DNA of 32,000 nucleotides from NCBI GenBank assembly GCA_005191425.1, contig SUPR01000012.1, positions 18,981 to 50,980 on the forward strand, given 5' to 3'. Positions 9,762-19,826 of the stretch are shown here, piece by piece. The notes under the pieces were generated by a model. That model was not told the origin of the DNA. It did not search any database and was given only the letters and a program-made list of their open reading frames with translations. The position numbers and the translations under genes are program-made. The DNA is from Candidatus Helarchaeota ASGARD archaeon Hel_GB_B. Lineage in GTDB: Archaea > Asgardarchaeota > Lokiarchaeia > Helarchaeales > HEL-GB-B. Positions within the stretch are counted from its first letter, which is position 1. Every line of letters starts with the position of its first letter.

Positions 9762-10778
9762 GTGGATTTATCAGTAGTTGAAATTTTTTTATTTTTGATA
9801 ACAGTTGGTATACTTTTAGGATTAGCATCAGGGTTTGTAGGAGCATCAGCTGTATCTTTGGTAGTACCAATTTTATTTGTGTTCTTTAAATTAGATATAT
9901 TAGTCTGTTTATGTACTAGTTTATTAGTTGATATAATAACTGCTTCAGTTGTCGCAGTGTTGTATTGGAAAAAAGGTAATACTGATCTGAAAATGGGCCT
10001 GATTTTTGGAATTTTATCTTTCAGTTTTGCTATTATAGGATCTTTAATAGCATTTTTATTAGCTTCATTTTCTGAACATATTTTATCCGGACTATTTGGA
10101 TGGGCTCAAATCGGAGTGGGTATAATGATGATAAAAAGAGGTATTACTCCTATATTAAAAAATAAACGAGATAATAGAAATAATTCAAATACAATAGAGA
10201 TTGGAGAATTAATTTTAGATAAAAAAAGACCACAAAATTTAGAAAATAGTGACAGCAATAATAATTTTGTAGGATCAGAAGCGACTCAAATAGAAGTTAA
10301 TGAGAAAGTTAACGGGCCGACTAACGGGAACAAAATAATTAACAACAATATGAATGAGCAAAAAGGAATTACAAAATATTTAGATATGATACCTCATAAA
10401 TGGAGGCGCGTAATTATGTTAATTATTGGAATTTTTATTGGATTAAATGCAGGGTTATTTGGTGCAGGTGGAGGGTTTATGGTAATGATACTATTAATAT
10501 TTTTACTCAATTATCCTACATTAAAAGCAGTAGGTACTGCTACTTTTATTATGATTTTAACTGCATTAGGTGCATTTATTTCGTATTATGTAAGATTTGG
10601 GTTTATTGGCGAATTTGTAATTCAATATAATATTTTGTTTTTTGCATTAATAATTGGAGTTAGCGCAATTGGCGGTGCATTTTTAGGGACATATTCAGCC
10701 CACAAACTATCTGAAAATTATTTAAAAATTGTAATAGGCGTAATAATTATTATATTTGGTATAATAATGCTGATTTAA
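9762..10778 (+). CDS. TauE/SafE-family (sulfite exporter-like) permease with a long hydrophilic insertion
   Basis: Two-repeat membrane topology, SGFVGASA and GLFGAGGG motifs, KAVGTA; GTG start with GAGATGA SD-like element 6 nt upstream. Confidence 0.85.
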   Translation: MDLSVVEIFLFLITVGILLGLASGFVGASAVSLVVPILFVFFKLDILVCLCTSLLVDIITASVVAVLYWKKGNTDLKMGLIFGILSFSFAIIGSLIAFLLASFSEHILSGLFGWAQIGVGIMMIKRGITPILKNKRDNRNNSNTIEIGELILDKKRPQNLENSDSNNNFVGSEATQIEVNEKVNGPTNGNKIINNNMNEQKGITKYLDMIPHKWRRVIMLIIGIFIGLNAGLFGAGGGFMVMILLIFLLNYPTLKAVGTATFIMILTALGAFISYYVRFGFIGEFVIQYNILFFALIIGVSAIGGAFLGTYSAHKLSENYLKIVIGVIIIIFGIIMLI

Positions 10779-10934
10779 ACTCTTAACAAATTATTTTAAC
10801 GAATATAAATTATTATCAAGTCTTTTAATTTTGATTTGATATCTTAATATAAAAAATTTGATTATATATGTAATTTAAATTTGGAATTAACATCTTCATT
10901 TTATTTAGAGTAAATTTAATAATAAAAAGATCAT

Positions 10935-12104
10935 TTAGTGTAATGGACTAATTTTTCTTAAATTGGATACAATATCTTTTAATTTGTTTAAGAAATAATC
11001 AGCTTCTTTAAATGTATTCCTTCTACTCAAGCTTATACGAATTGTCCCTTGTAAGCCTTCATCAGATGTTAGTCCGATTGCTTCTAATACATGTGATGGC
11101 TTGTTACTTTTGGATGAGCATGCTGATCCTGTTGATACAGCAATACCTTCGTCGCTCAATTTTAATAGTATCGATTCACCTTCTATGTATTTCATTGCAA
11201 TATTAACATTATTACATAATCGTTTATCTCCTTTTGTATTAATGTCTGGCCCATTTAACCGGGTATGGGGTATTTCATCGAGAGTTGTTTTTATGATGTA
11301 ATCCCTTATTTTTTGCATATATTTTACATGTTCTGGTCTTGCTATTTCAACTGCTTTAGCAAACCCAACTATACCAGGTATATTCTCAGTTCCAGCCCTT
11401 AAATTAAATTCATGCGCCCCACCGTCTATTAATTTCTTTATTTTATTTTGTAAATCTTCTCTAATGTACAATGCACCAATACCTTTTGGGCCATGAATTT
11501 TATGGGCAGTTATAGAGACTAGGTCAAGATTATATTTTTTTACATCTAAAGGAACTTTTGTAAATGCTTGAACTGCATCTGAATGAAATAAAATATCATG
11601 TTCTTTACAAATTTTTCCAATTTTTTCCAAATCTTGAATTGTACCTATTTCATTATTCGCATGCATTATAGAACATAATATAGTCCTTTTTGTAATCGAG
11701 TTTTCAAGCTGCTCAAAATCAATAAAACCTTCTTTATCAACATCTAAATAAGTCACTTTAAAGCCCATATCTTCCAAACTTTTTGTGGAATTTAAAATAG
11801 CAGGATGTTCAATTTTTGATGTTATAATATGGTCTCTTTCTTTATCTTTAAAAAAATATGCTATGCCTTTTAAAGCAAAATTGTTACTTTCGGTACCACC
11901 TGAGGTAAAAATTAATTCTTCATCTTTTGCATTAATTTTTTTTGCTATTAGTACCCTACTTTTTTCAAGAGCTTCATGAGCCTCTTGTCCAAAAAAATGT
12001 AAACTAGAGGCATTTCCAAAATATTTGTTAAAATATGGTATCATAGCAGATATTACTTCTTCGTCAACTTGCGTAGTCGCAGAATTGTCAAAATAGACCT
12101 TCAT
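10935..12104 (-). CDS. iscS: Cysteine desulfurase (IscS/NifS group I)
   Basis: YFDNSATT, FTSGGTESNN, PLP lysine in HKIHGPKGIG, catalytic Cys in STGSACSS. Confidence 0.95.
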   Translation of the reverse strand: MKVYFDNSATTQVDEEVISAMIPYFNKYFGNASSLHFFGQEAHEALEKSRVLIAKKINAKDEELIFTSGGTESNNFALKGIAYFFKDKERDHIITSKIEHPAILNSTKSLEDMGFKVTYLDVDKEGFIDFEQLENSITKRTILCSIMHANNEIGTIQDLEKIGKICKEHDILFHSDAVQAFTKVPLDVKKYNLDLVSITAHKIHGPKGIGALYIREDLQNKIKKLIDGGAHEFNLRAGTENIPGIVGFAKAVEIARPEHVKYMQKIRDYIIKTTLDEIPHTRLNGPDINTKGDKRLCNNVNIAMKYIEGESILLKLSDEGIAVSTGSACSSKSNKPSHVLEAIGLTSDEGLQGTIRISLSRRNTFKEADYFLNKLKDIVSNLRKISPLH

Positions 12105-12473
12105 CTTTTTTAAACCTCAAAAAATTTTTTCTAATAATTTCTCATCAAGAAAAATCAAAAGCTCATATGTCTATAATAATGGTCTTTTAATAATATCAAT
12201 ATATAATTTATTAAATAAATTTATTTTTATGACAAAATCTTCCCATATTTGAAATTATAGTGTTAATATAAAAATTGCATTAAAAAGTTAATGATTCTTA
12301 TAAATACAAGAAAATTAAAAAATTATTGAAATAAAAAACTGAAAATATTCTTATATTTTTATTCATCTACTAAATTAAACGATTTTTTATTTATTGGTTT
12401 ATATTTTTACAATCTAATAATTCTTAAATCTTTAAAAAAATATGGTGATTTAAAATTAAAAAGGTGAATTTTA

Positions 12474-12854
12474 ATGCAATATAATGAGAAAATTTTAGAC
12501 CATTTCAGAAACCCGAGAAATATCGGAGAAATTGAAGATGCAGATGTTGTAGGTGAGATGGGAAACCCTGAAGATGGTGATTTGGTTTATATTTATTTGA
12601 AAATCAATAAAGATAAAGACATAATAGAAGAAATATCATTTCAGACTTTTGGATGTGGAGCTGCAATTGCGACAAGCTCAATGGTGACAGTAATGGCTAA
12701 AGGAAAAACTTTAGATGAGGCTTTAAAGATTACAAAACAAGATGTAGCAAAAGAATTAGGGGGGCTATCTCCACAAAAAATGCATTGCTCCAATTTAGCA
12801 TCAGATGCATTACATATAGCTATTAAAAAATATCGTAAAATGCAAGAAAAGTAA
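12474..12854 (+). CDS. iscU: IscU/NifU-N Fe-S scaffold with first Cys ligand replaced by Asp
   Basis: HFRNPRN, FGCGAAIA, KMHCSNLA; GNPEDGD where GNPxCGD is canonical. Confidence 0.88.
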   Translation: MQYNEKILDHFRNPRNIGEIEDADVVGEMGNPEDGDLVYIYLKINKDKDIIEEISFQTFGCGAAIATSSMVTVMAKGKTLDEALKITKQDVAKELGGLSPQKMHCSNLASDALHIAIKKYRKMQEK

Positions 12855-13089
12855 ATTATACAGTAAATAATTTTTATTTATTAAAGGAATTATATGATTT
12901 CTTTAAAATTATTTAAGTTTACCTCTATTTCTTTTAGTATTTAAAAAAGTTTTAATAAATGCATTTAATTTCCGAAATTTTTCTAAATTGAATTATAAAA
13001 ACTCTTTTAATAAAATAAAGTGATAGATCTTAAAGAATATCTAGAAAGTAATGAAGATAATTAAATGGTAAAAGAATGGTGTGTACTAA

Positions 13090-14559
13090 TTGAAGACATA
13101 TGCAGAAATTAATAATAAAATAAAAAAGGGCGATGCAGTAGTAGTGACTGCAGAAGAGATGATAAAAATAGTTGAAGATGATGGGTTAGAGACTGCAGCT
13201 AGAGATGTTGATGTGGTAACAACTGGGACATTTGGTGCAATGTGTTCAAGCGGTGCATTCTTGAATTTTGGGCATTCGGACCCTCCAATTAAAATGGAAC
13301 ATGTATGGCTTAATGGTGTCCATGCTTATCATGGTAATGCAGCTGTAGATTGTTATATTGGCGTTTCTAGAATGAGTGATAAACGTCCATTTAAATATGG
13401 GGGAGGGCACGTCATCGAAGATTTATTGTTAGGAAAACCTATTAAACTAAGAGCTACATCATATACAACTGACTGTTATCCTCTAGAAGAAATTGATACT
13501 GTTTTTACTTTAAATGATTTGAATCAAGCAATTTTATGCAACCCAAGAAATTCTTATCAAAGGTATGTTTGTGCAACTAATAGTACAGAAAGAACCATAT
13601 ATACTTATATGGGGAAATTATTACCAAATTTTGGTAATGCAACTTATTCAGGAACAGGAGAGCTTAGTCCTCTGCAAAATGATCCCAATTATGAAACTAT
13701 TGGTATTGGGACAAGAATTTTTTTAGGTGGAGGTGTTGGATATATTGTTGGCGAGGGAACACAACATAACCCAAAAGAACGTTTTGGGAGTCTTTTTGTA
13801 AAAGGTGATTTAAAACAAATGAGTGCAGAATATTTAAAAGGTGTTAATTTTGAAAGATACGGCACTTCAATGTTTGTTGGACTTGGTATTCCAATCCCGA
13901 TTTTAAATCTTGGACTTGCTAAAAAATGTGCAATTAAAGACGAAGATATTTGGACAGAAGTTGTAGATTATGGAATACCAAGAAGGGATAAACCTGTTTT
14001 AAGAAAAATTACATATAAAGAACTTAAAAGTGGGAGAATTGAATTAAATGGAAAAAAAATTAAATGTTCATCTCTCTCTTCATTATATATGGCGAGAAAA
14101 GTTGCAAACGAATTAAAAAAATGGATAATTGAAGGACGGTTTTTTATCTCTGCTCCTGTAGAAAGACTCCCCACCGATACTAAATTTAAGCCTATGAAAA
14201 TGACTAAAGAAATTAAATTTATTCGGTCGGTAAAAAGAGATGCTTTTACATGTAAATTAGAAGATGGAATTAAATATGTAGCAAACTTAATAATTAAAGA
14301 AAGTACAAATCATGTACCTGTCGTGGATAATAATAATAAATTGATTGGTATTGTCACAAGTTTTGATATTACAAAAGGACTAGCTCTGGGTAAAAACAAA
14401 CTTGATGAAATAGTAACCAAAAAAGTAATTTATACTACATGTGATGAACCAATAGAAATTGCTGCGAGAAAAATGAAGATAAATAAAATTTCGGCATTGC
14501 CAGTTGTTGATAAGGAAAATAAAGTAATTGGAATAGTTTCAGCGGAGGATTTGATATAA
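13090..14559 (+). CDS. L-aspartate-semialdehyde sulfurtransferase (DUF39; MA1821/MJ0100-type homocysteine biosynthesis enzyme) with C-terminal CBS pair
   Basis: DVDVVTTGTFGAMCSSG, LCNPRNSYQ, YTYMG..LP, IGIGTRIFLGG; two CBS repeats at the C-terminus; followed by the NIL-ferredoxin partner. Confidence 0.9.
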   Translation: MKTYAEINNKIKKGDAVVVTAEEMIKIVEDDGLETAARDVDVVTTGTFGAMCSSGAFLNFGHSDPPIKMEHVWLNGVHAYHGNAAVDCYIGVSRMSDKRPFKYGGGHVIEDLLLGKPIKLRATSYTTDCYPLEEIDTVFTLNDLNQAILCNPRNSYQRYVCATNSTERTIYTYMGKLLPNFGNATYSGTGELSPLQNDPNYETIGIGTRIFLGGGVGYIVGEGTQHNPKERFGSLFVKGDLKQMSAEYLKGVNFERYGTSMFVGLGIPIPILNLGLAKKCAIKDEDIWTEVVDYGIPRRDKPVLRKITYKELKSGRIELNGKKIKCSSLSSLYMARKVANELKKWIIEGRFFISAPVERLPTDTKFKPMKMTKEIKFIRSVKRDAFTCKLEDGIKYVANLIIKESTNHVPVVDNNNKLIGIVTSFDITKGLALGKNKLDEIVTKKVIYTTCDEPIEIAARKMKINKISALPVVDKENKVIGIVSAEDLI

Positions 14560-14560
14560 A

Positions 14561-14959
14561 ATGGTACTATTAACATTAAATATTTCTCCTCGATCAATTA
14601 CTAATGTTAGTGATTATGCTAAATTAATTAGAAAAGTTCTAGACCTTGACATTTCTTTTAATATTATTCATCTTTCTACCTCTTCAAAATCTGTAAGTAT
14701 GATAATCGAAGTTCCAAAAGATAAAGTGAAAGCTTTAATCACAACGCTTAGGGATTATGACATAATTATAGAAAGAAAAAATCCAATAAGTATTGATGAA
14801 GAAAATTGTATTCATTGCGGTCAATGCATTTCTCTTTGTTCTACAGGCGCGTTATATTTTGACAAGGAGTATAAAGTATGTTATGACCACGAAAAATGCA
14901 TTGGATGTCTTATTTGTGTTGATTCATGTCCTCGCTCTGCAATTAAGGAAAATATTTGA
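14561..14959 (+). CDS. NIL-domain 2x[4Fe-4S] ferredoxin (MA1822-type partner)
   Basis: CIHCGQCISLC and CIGCLICVDSCP; starts 1 nt after the DUF39 stop. Confidence 0.88.
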   Translation: MVLLTLNISPRSITNVSDYAKLIRKVLDLDISFNIIHLSTSSKSVSMIIEVPKDKVKALITTLRDYDIIIERKNPISIDEENCIHCGQCISLCSTGALYFDKEYKVCYDHEKCIGCLICVDSCPRSAIKENI

Positions 14960-15128
14960 ATATATTTTTTAATATATTATTCAATTTTACAAATTTTTTA
15001 AAAATTTTCAATATGAAAAAACTCATAAATTTTAACAATCTAATTAATTCTATAACAGAACAATATTTCAAAATATTTCACTTTTAAAAAACAATATCTA
15101 ATTAAATAAAAAAATTAATGGGATACAT

Positions 15129-16250
15129 ATGTCCAGTGAATATGAATCATTAGATGGTGGAAAAGTTTACCGTTCCTTATTTAATTCAAAATCAATAATT
15201 CTAGCAGTAAATCCACGTTTCAATTTAGGGATTTTGGAAGGTATTTTTAAAGCAGGAAAAGAAATGAATACAATCATTATTTTCGAGCTAGCTCGCTCTG
15301 AGTGTGATCTTAATGGTGGATATACTGGTCTAACACCGCAAACATTTGCCAATAATGTAAGATCAGTTGCAAAAAAAGTGGGCAACCCTAATTTTATAAT
15401 TCACGGCGACCATATTACTATTAAAAAGAGGTCTGACGAAATTATCGCATCTACAAAAAAGTTGATTAAGAACCAAATCGAGAATGGTTATAAGAGTTTT
15501 GCAATTGATGCATCATTCCTGTTTAATTTAAAAGGAAAATCTACTTATGAGCAATTAGAGGACAATATTAAAGTTACTACCGAATTGGCGAATTATATTA
15601 AAGATAATGCTGGAAATATCGAATATGGACTAGAGGTAGAAGTCGGAGAAATTGGAAAAAGAGATGCAAATGGTCTGGTTTATACAACTATTGATGAAGC
15701 ACTTACTTATATTAAAGCATTAAATGAAAATGATATACACCCTAATTTTCTTGCAATAGCAAATGGCTCCACTCATGGAAATATATATGATAAAAATGGT
15801 AAACCAATTGAACAAATAACAATTGATATACCTAGAACAATTGAAATCGCAAAAGCTATTGAACCATATAATGTACGTATCGCTCAACATGGGATTACTG
15901 GTACGCCTTTAGACTTAATTCAAAAGCATTTTCCAAAGGGATTAATCGGTAAAGGAAATGTAGGTACTTATTGGCAGAATATTGTATGGAATGTCCTACA
16001 AGAAAACGAGCCAGAAATCTTCCAAGCAATCAAAAAATGGGTTCTTGATAAATATAAAGCTTCAAATCCAACAAAAAATGACGTCGAAATTTTTGGAAAA
16101 AATTCTAAATATGCTTTTAAAGAGTTCTTTAATCAATTACATTCTATAAAAGTAGAGACCATAAATAAACTGATAGACAGTGCATTTATAGAAGCCAAAA
16201 AATTTTTAGCTGCATTTGATTCTATTAATACAATAAAATTCCTAAACTAA
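15129..16250 (+). CDS. fba: Class II fructose-bisphosphate aldolase family
   Basis: HGDH, AIDAS, EVEVGEIG, AIANGSTHG, IAQHGITGT, KGNVGT. Confidence 0.88.
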   Translation: MSSEYESLDGGKVYRSLFNSKSIILAVNPRFNLGILEGIFKAGKEMNTIIIFELARSECDLNGGYTGLTPQTFANNVRSVAKKVGNPNFIIHGDHITIKKRSDEIIASTKKLIKNQIENGYKSFAIDASFLFNLKGKSTYEQLEDNIKVTTELANYIKDNAGNIEYGLEVEVGEIGKRDANGLVYTTIDEALTYIKALNENDIHPNFLAIANGSTHGNIYDKNGKPIEQITIDIPRTIEIAKAIEPYNVRIAQHGITGTPLDLIQKHFPKGLIGKGNVGTYWQNIVWNVLQENEPEIFQAIKKWVLDKYKASNPTKNDVEIFGKNSKYAFKEFFNQLHSIKVETINKLIDSAFIEAKKFLAAFDSINTIKFLN

Positions 16251-16503
16251 ATAATTATTATTTATAATTTCTTTTTATAATATAAAATAATTCATTTCAT
16301 ATTTTTTCTGCTTTTTTATCATAATTCTGTTTTTTTTATTAATTTTAATAAGATAATTTCATTAATAATCAATTTTAGTTATTATATTATTATTTTCTAC
16401 TGTTCCTTAATTTTAATCTTTCACTAAATAATTTGTTAGAAGTGAAATTAAGGGAGATTTAAATGTAAAAAGATGTAAAAATAGGTTTTATATGCTAATA
16501 AAT

Positions 16504-17748
16504 TTAAAGATTATCAATAATTGTGCTGGCATATTCAGAGCATTTAATTGGTTTTATATTGTCCATTAATCTTGCTAAATCATAAGTTACCTTTTTTTCT
16601 TTAATTGTTTTTTCAATAGATTCCTCGATAAGTTTTGCAGGTTTATCCCAATTTAAATATTTTAACATCATGACTCCCGATAAAATTAGTGATGATGGAT
16701 TAACTTTATCTTGATTTGTATATTTAGGAGCACTTCCATGGGTAGGTTCAAATAATGCAATAAAATCGCCGATATTTGCACCGGGTGCCATACCTAAACC
16801 TCCGATTTGGGCTGCAGCTGCATCCGATATATAGTCTCCATTTAAATTTGGGGCTGCGATTATGTCATATTCATCGGTACGAGTTAAAATTTGTTGAAAC
16901 ATACTATCTGCAATTCGATCCTTGATTAGAATTTTTTCGGTAGGAATTTTACCATTATATTTATCCCATAAATCGTTTTCGGTTACAATTTTATCTTTAA
17001 ATTCTTCTACAGCGACTTCATATCCCCAATCTCTAAAAGCGCCCTCAGTATATTTCATAATATTACCTTTATGCATTAAAGTTATAGATTTATAACCATA
17101 TTTTATTGCATATTTAATAGCAGCTCTGACAAGTCTTTTACTTTTAAATTCACTAATAGGTTTTATTCCAATTCCCGCATCTTGTGGGATTTTAATATCA
17201 AATTTATCTTTTAAAAATTGAATTATTTCTAAATTTTGTTTTGAATTGGATTCCCATTCAATTCCTGCATATACATCTTCAGTATTTTCGCGAAAAATTA
17301 CTATGTCCATTTTTTCAGGATTTTTGACAGGGCTTGGGACTCCATTATAATATTTAACAGGTCTTATACAAGAGTATAAATCTAACTTTTGTCTAAGGGT
17401 GACATTAAGACTTCTAAACCCCCCACCAATTGGTGTAGTTAATGGACCTTTAATTGCTACTATAAAATATTCAATTGCTTTTATTGTATCTTCAGGTAAA
17501 TAATTTCCATATATTTTAAACGCTTTTTCACCAGCAAAAATTTCAAACCAAATGATTTTTCTTTTTATACCATATGCTTTTTTAATTGCTGCATCCCAGA
17601 CCCTTTTAGATGCAGTCATTATATCCCTACCAATTCCATCGCCTTCTATATATGGTATAATTACATAATCTGGTACAATTAATTCATCATTAATAATTTG
17701 AATTTTTTCTCCTTCATCTGGAATAGTTAATTTATCAAATTTGATCAT
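16504..17748 (-). CDS. icd: NADP-dependent isocitrate dehydrogenase (E. coli type)
   Basis: [53 protein letters not shown]; HGSAPKY and TYDLAR NADP determinants. Confidence 0.96.
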   Translation of the reverse strand: MIKFDKLTIPDEGEKIQIINDELIVPDYVIIPYIEGDGIGRDIMTASKRVWDAAIKKAYGIKRKIIWFEIFAGEKAFKIYGNYLPEDTIKAIEYFIVAIKGPLTTPIGGGFRSLNVTLRQKLDLYSCIRPVKYYNGVPSPVKNPEKMDIVIFRENTEDVYAGIEWESNSKQNLEIIQFLKDKFDIKIPQDAGIGIKPISEFKSKRLVRAAIKYAIKYGYKSITLMHKGNIMKYTEGAFRDWGYEVAVEEFKDKIVTENDLWDKYNGKIPTEKILIKDRIADSMFQQILTRTDEYDIIAAPNLNGDYISDAAAAQIGGLGMAPGANIGDFIALFEPTHGSAPKYTNQDKVNPSSLILSGVMMLKYLNWDKPAKLIEESIEKTIKEKKVTYDLARLMDNIKPIKCSEYASTIIDNL

Positions 17749-17773
17749 AATTTCACCATGAACTTGACTTTTA

Positions 17774-18556
17774 TTAAAGATTGATATATTTTTTTACATC
17801 TAAAATATTGTAAATAATCTTAAAATTATATTGATCCATTGCTTTCTTATAAAAAAATCCCACATTTTTATCGATTTTTGTCAAATCATACAAAATTAAT
17901 CCAATGCCAGCAGCATCTGCCGCTAAAATATCGTGGAAATCATCACCTACAAATGCAATATCGGCTAATGAAAAATTAAAGACTTTAGAAAAATCAAGTA
18001 TGACTTTTTTTTTATCTTCTGCATTACGAACTACAAGCATTGAATCGCCTGTAGATTTAGCAGTGTGTTTTCGTTCGTATATTAAATTATTACATGCAAT
18101 ATAATCGAATTTAATAAAGTCCAACGCCGTAAGCGCGGCAATTTCTAAGCTCATAGAGCATATTCCTATTTTTATTCCTTTTTCCTTAATTTTAAGCAAT
18201 AATTCTTTTACTCCAGGTCTTAATGGTATCATTTTAGAAATTTTAGCTAAATTCTCCTTAGAAATGTTCTTGAAAGACCTAAGAATATATGGATAATATT
18301 TTGAAATATATTTTCCATATTCAGTAATAATTTCATCAATAGGTTTTTCATAATTTTTTTTACTAAATAAATTTCTTAAATGTCTGGTATATCTAAATCC
18401 ATAAAAAAATATTCTATTTAAATTAAGAATACCATAAAATGGATTAAAATTATTTTCGGACTCAAAATTTCTCCGTATTTGCCATTTCATAATAAAAGTG
18501 ATTGAATTTTCACTACTCAATGTCCCATCAAAATCAAATAAAATGCCTTTAATCAT
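17774..18556 (-). CDS. HAD-superfamily hydrolase (phosphoserine phosphatase-like)
   Basis: LFDFDGTL motif I, GICS motif II, K, and VGDDFHD motif IV. Confidence 0.85.
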   Translation of the reverse strand: MIKGILFDFDGTLSSENSITFIMKWQIRRNFESENNFNPFYGILNLNRIFFYGFRYTRHLRNLFSKKNYEKPIDEIITEYGKYISKYYPYILRSFKNISKENLAKISKMIPLRPGVKELLLKIKEKGIKIGICSMSLEIAALTALDFIKFDYIACNNLIYERKHTAKSTGDSMLVVRNAEDKKKVILDFSKVFNFSLADIAFVGDDFHDILAADAAGIGLILYDLTKIDKNVGFFYKKAMDQYNFKIIYNILDVKKYINL

Positions 18557-18566
18557 TATTCGTTTA

Positions 18567-19370
18567 TTACTCCTCTTTTTTATTATATTTAGACTTATTC
18601 ATTGATAAAAAAAATAAAATTACTCCACCAACTCCTATTGCAATACAAATATAATTAAAGACGTAAGTCCAATTTATGTAAAAAACACTGGAACTAGAAA
18701 AAATGCTTATTTTTAAGCGGTAAGAATAATTTAAAGGGTTTCCATATTCTTTAATAATATCATAAAAAATAATCCATCCAGTATACTCGTCCCATTGAAT
18801 TATTCCCTTCATTGTATAATTGGCTTTTAATTTCTCATCATAAAATTTCCCGGTATCACAATTAATCGTTAAAATATTAAATACTTTGGTCAAATTAAAC
18901 CCTTTTGTTTTACCTAATTCGATTGCTGCTCTTGTCCAATTAAATCCTTGTTTTGAAGTCTTATTTACAGAGATAGGGAGTAAGCACCTAATATATATTA
19001 AACCATCAATTTTATATGTTACATTATAGAGATAATCTGTTCTGTTATATGCAAAATCATCATATAAATAAATGAAATCCCTATAAATCTGGCCGCTTTT
19101 TTTTGTCTGAAATTGCATATAAATATCGTTATAATGGTTTAAATCGCTATTATAGTCATTTATCCCAATTATTTTATATGTTTGTAAAGGTAAATCATTT
19201 ACGGAATTAACAGAACCTGAATACGTTTCGGATAATATGTATAAATTAGAATCATCCAAATTTACACCCCAAATTCTAAAATTTCCAGCTATATTTATTT
19301 GTATCATTCCTATAAACAAAACTATTATTAAAGAAACTAAATAAATCCGAAATTTTAACATGTATATCAT
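18567..19370 (-). CDS. Hypothetical surface protein with N-terminal signal/TM and C-terminal TM anchor
   Basis: Hydrophobic N-terminus, N-x-S/T-rich soluble region, C-terminal TM followed by a basic tail. Confidence 0.75.
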   Translation of the reverse strand: MIYMLKFRIYLVSLIIVLFIGMIQINIAGNFRIWGVNLDDSNLYILSETYSGSVNSVNDLPLQTYKIIGINDYNSDLNHYNDIYMQFQTKKSGQIYRDFIYLYDDFAYNRTDYLYNVTYKIDGLIYIRCLLPISVNKTSKQGFNWTRAAIELGKTKGFNLTKVFNILTINCDTGKFYDEKLKANYTMKGIIQWDEYTGWIIFYDIIKEYGNPLNYSYRLKISIFSSSSVFYINWTYVFNYICIAIGVGGVILFFLSMNKSKYNKKEE

Positions 19371-19570
19371 TTATCTTTTTATTTTTCAATGGAATTTTTA
19401 AATTGTCTATTAATTTTAAACTTCTATTTTTAATAATCTACAATCTTTAATTTATATAAAATTGTAAAAATGCTATTAATTTTTTGATAAAAAATATACA
19501 ATGAAATTAAAAAGAGTTTTTAAAAAATGAAAATATAATTAATCAAATGCCGAAACTCATGGTGATGATT

Positions 19571-19687
19571 ATGCCTATATTAGAACGGATAAAACAAAAG
19601 TTCAATATTAATGATGTTGACATAATTGTTGATATTATTTTGAAAGAAAGTCAATCTTTTGAGAAATTTGAAGATTTTTATCTATAA
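19571..19687 (+). CDS. Possible 38-aa small protein (MPILERIKQKFNINDVDIIVDIILKESQSFEKFEDFYL)
   Basis: GGTGA SD at 19561-19565 and an amphipathic-looking sequence; no homology evidence. Confidence 0.3.
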   Translation: MPILERIKQKFNINDVDIIVDIILKESQSFEKFEDFYL

Positions 19688-19826
19688 TAAATTTGAGATA
19701 AGTTATAACCAATTCTTTTAATTATTCTTTTAATTGGATATACTAAATAATTATCAATGGATTTAGAAATGATAAAAAATTCAATTTTCACAAATATTTT
19801 TATTAAAAAAAGTTGTTGATATTACT

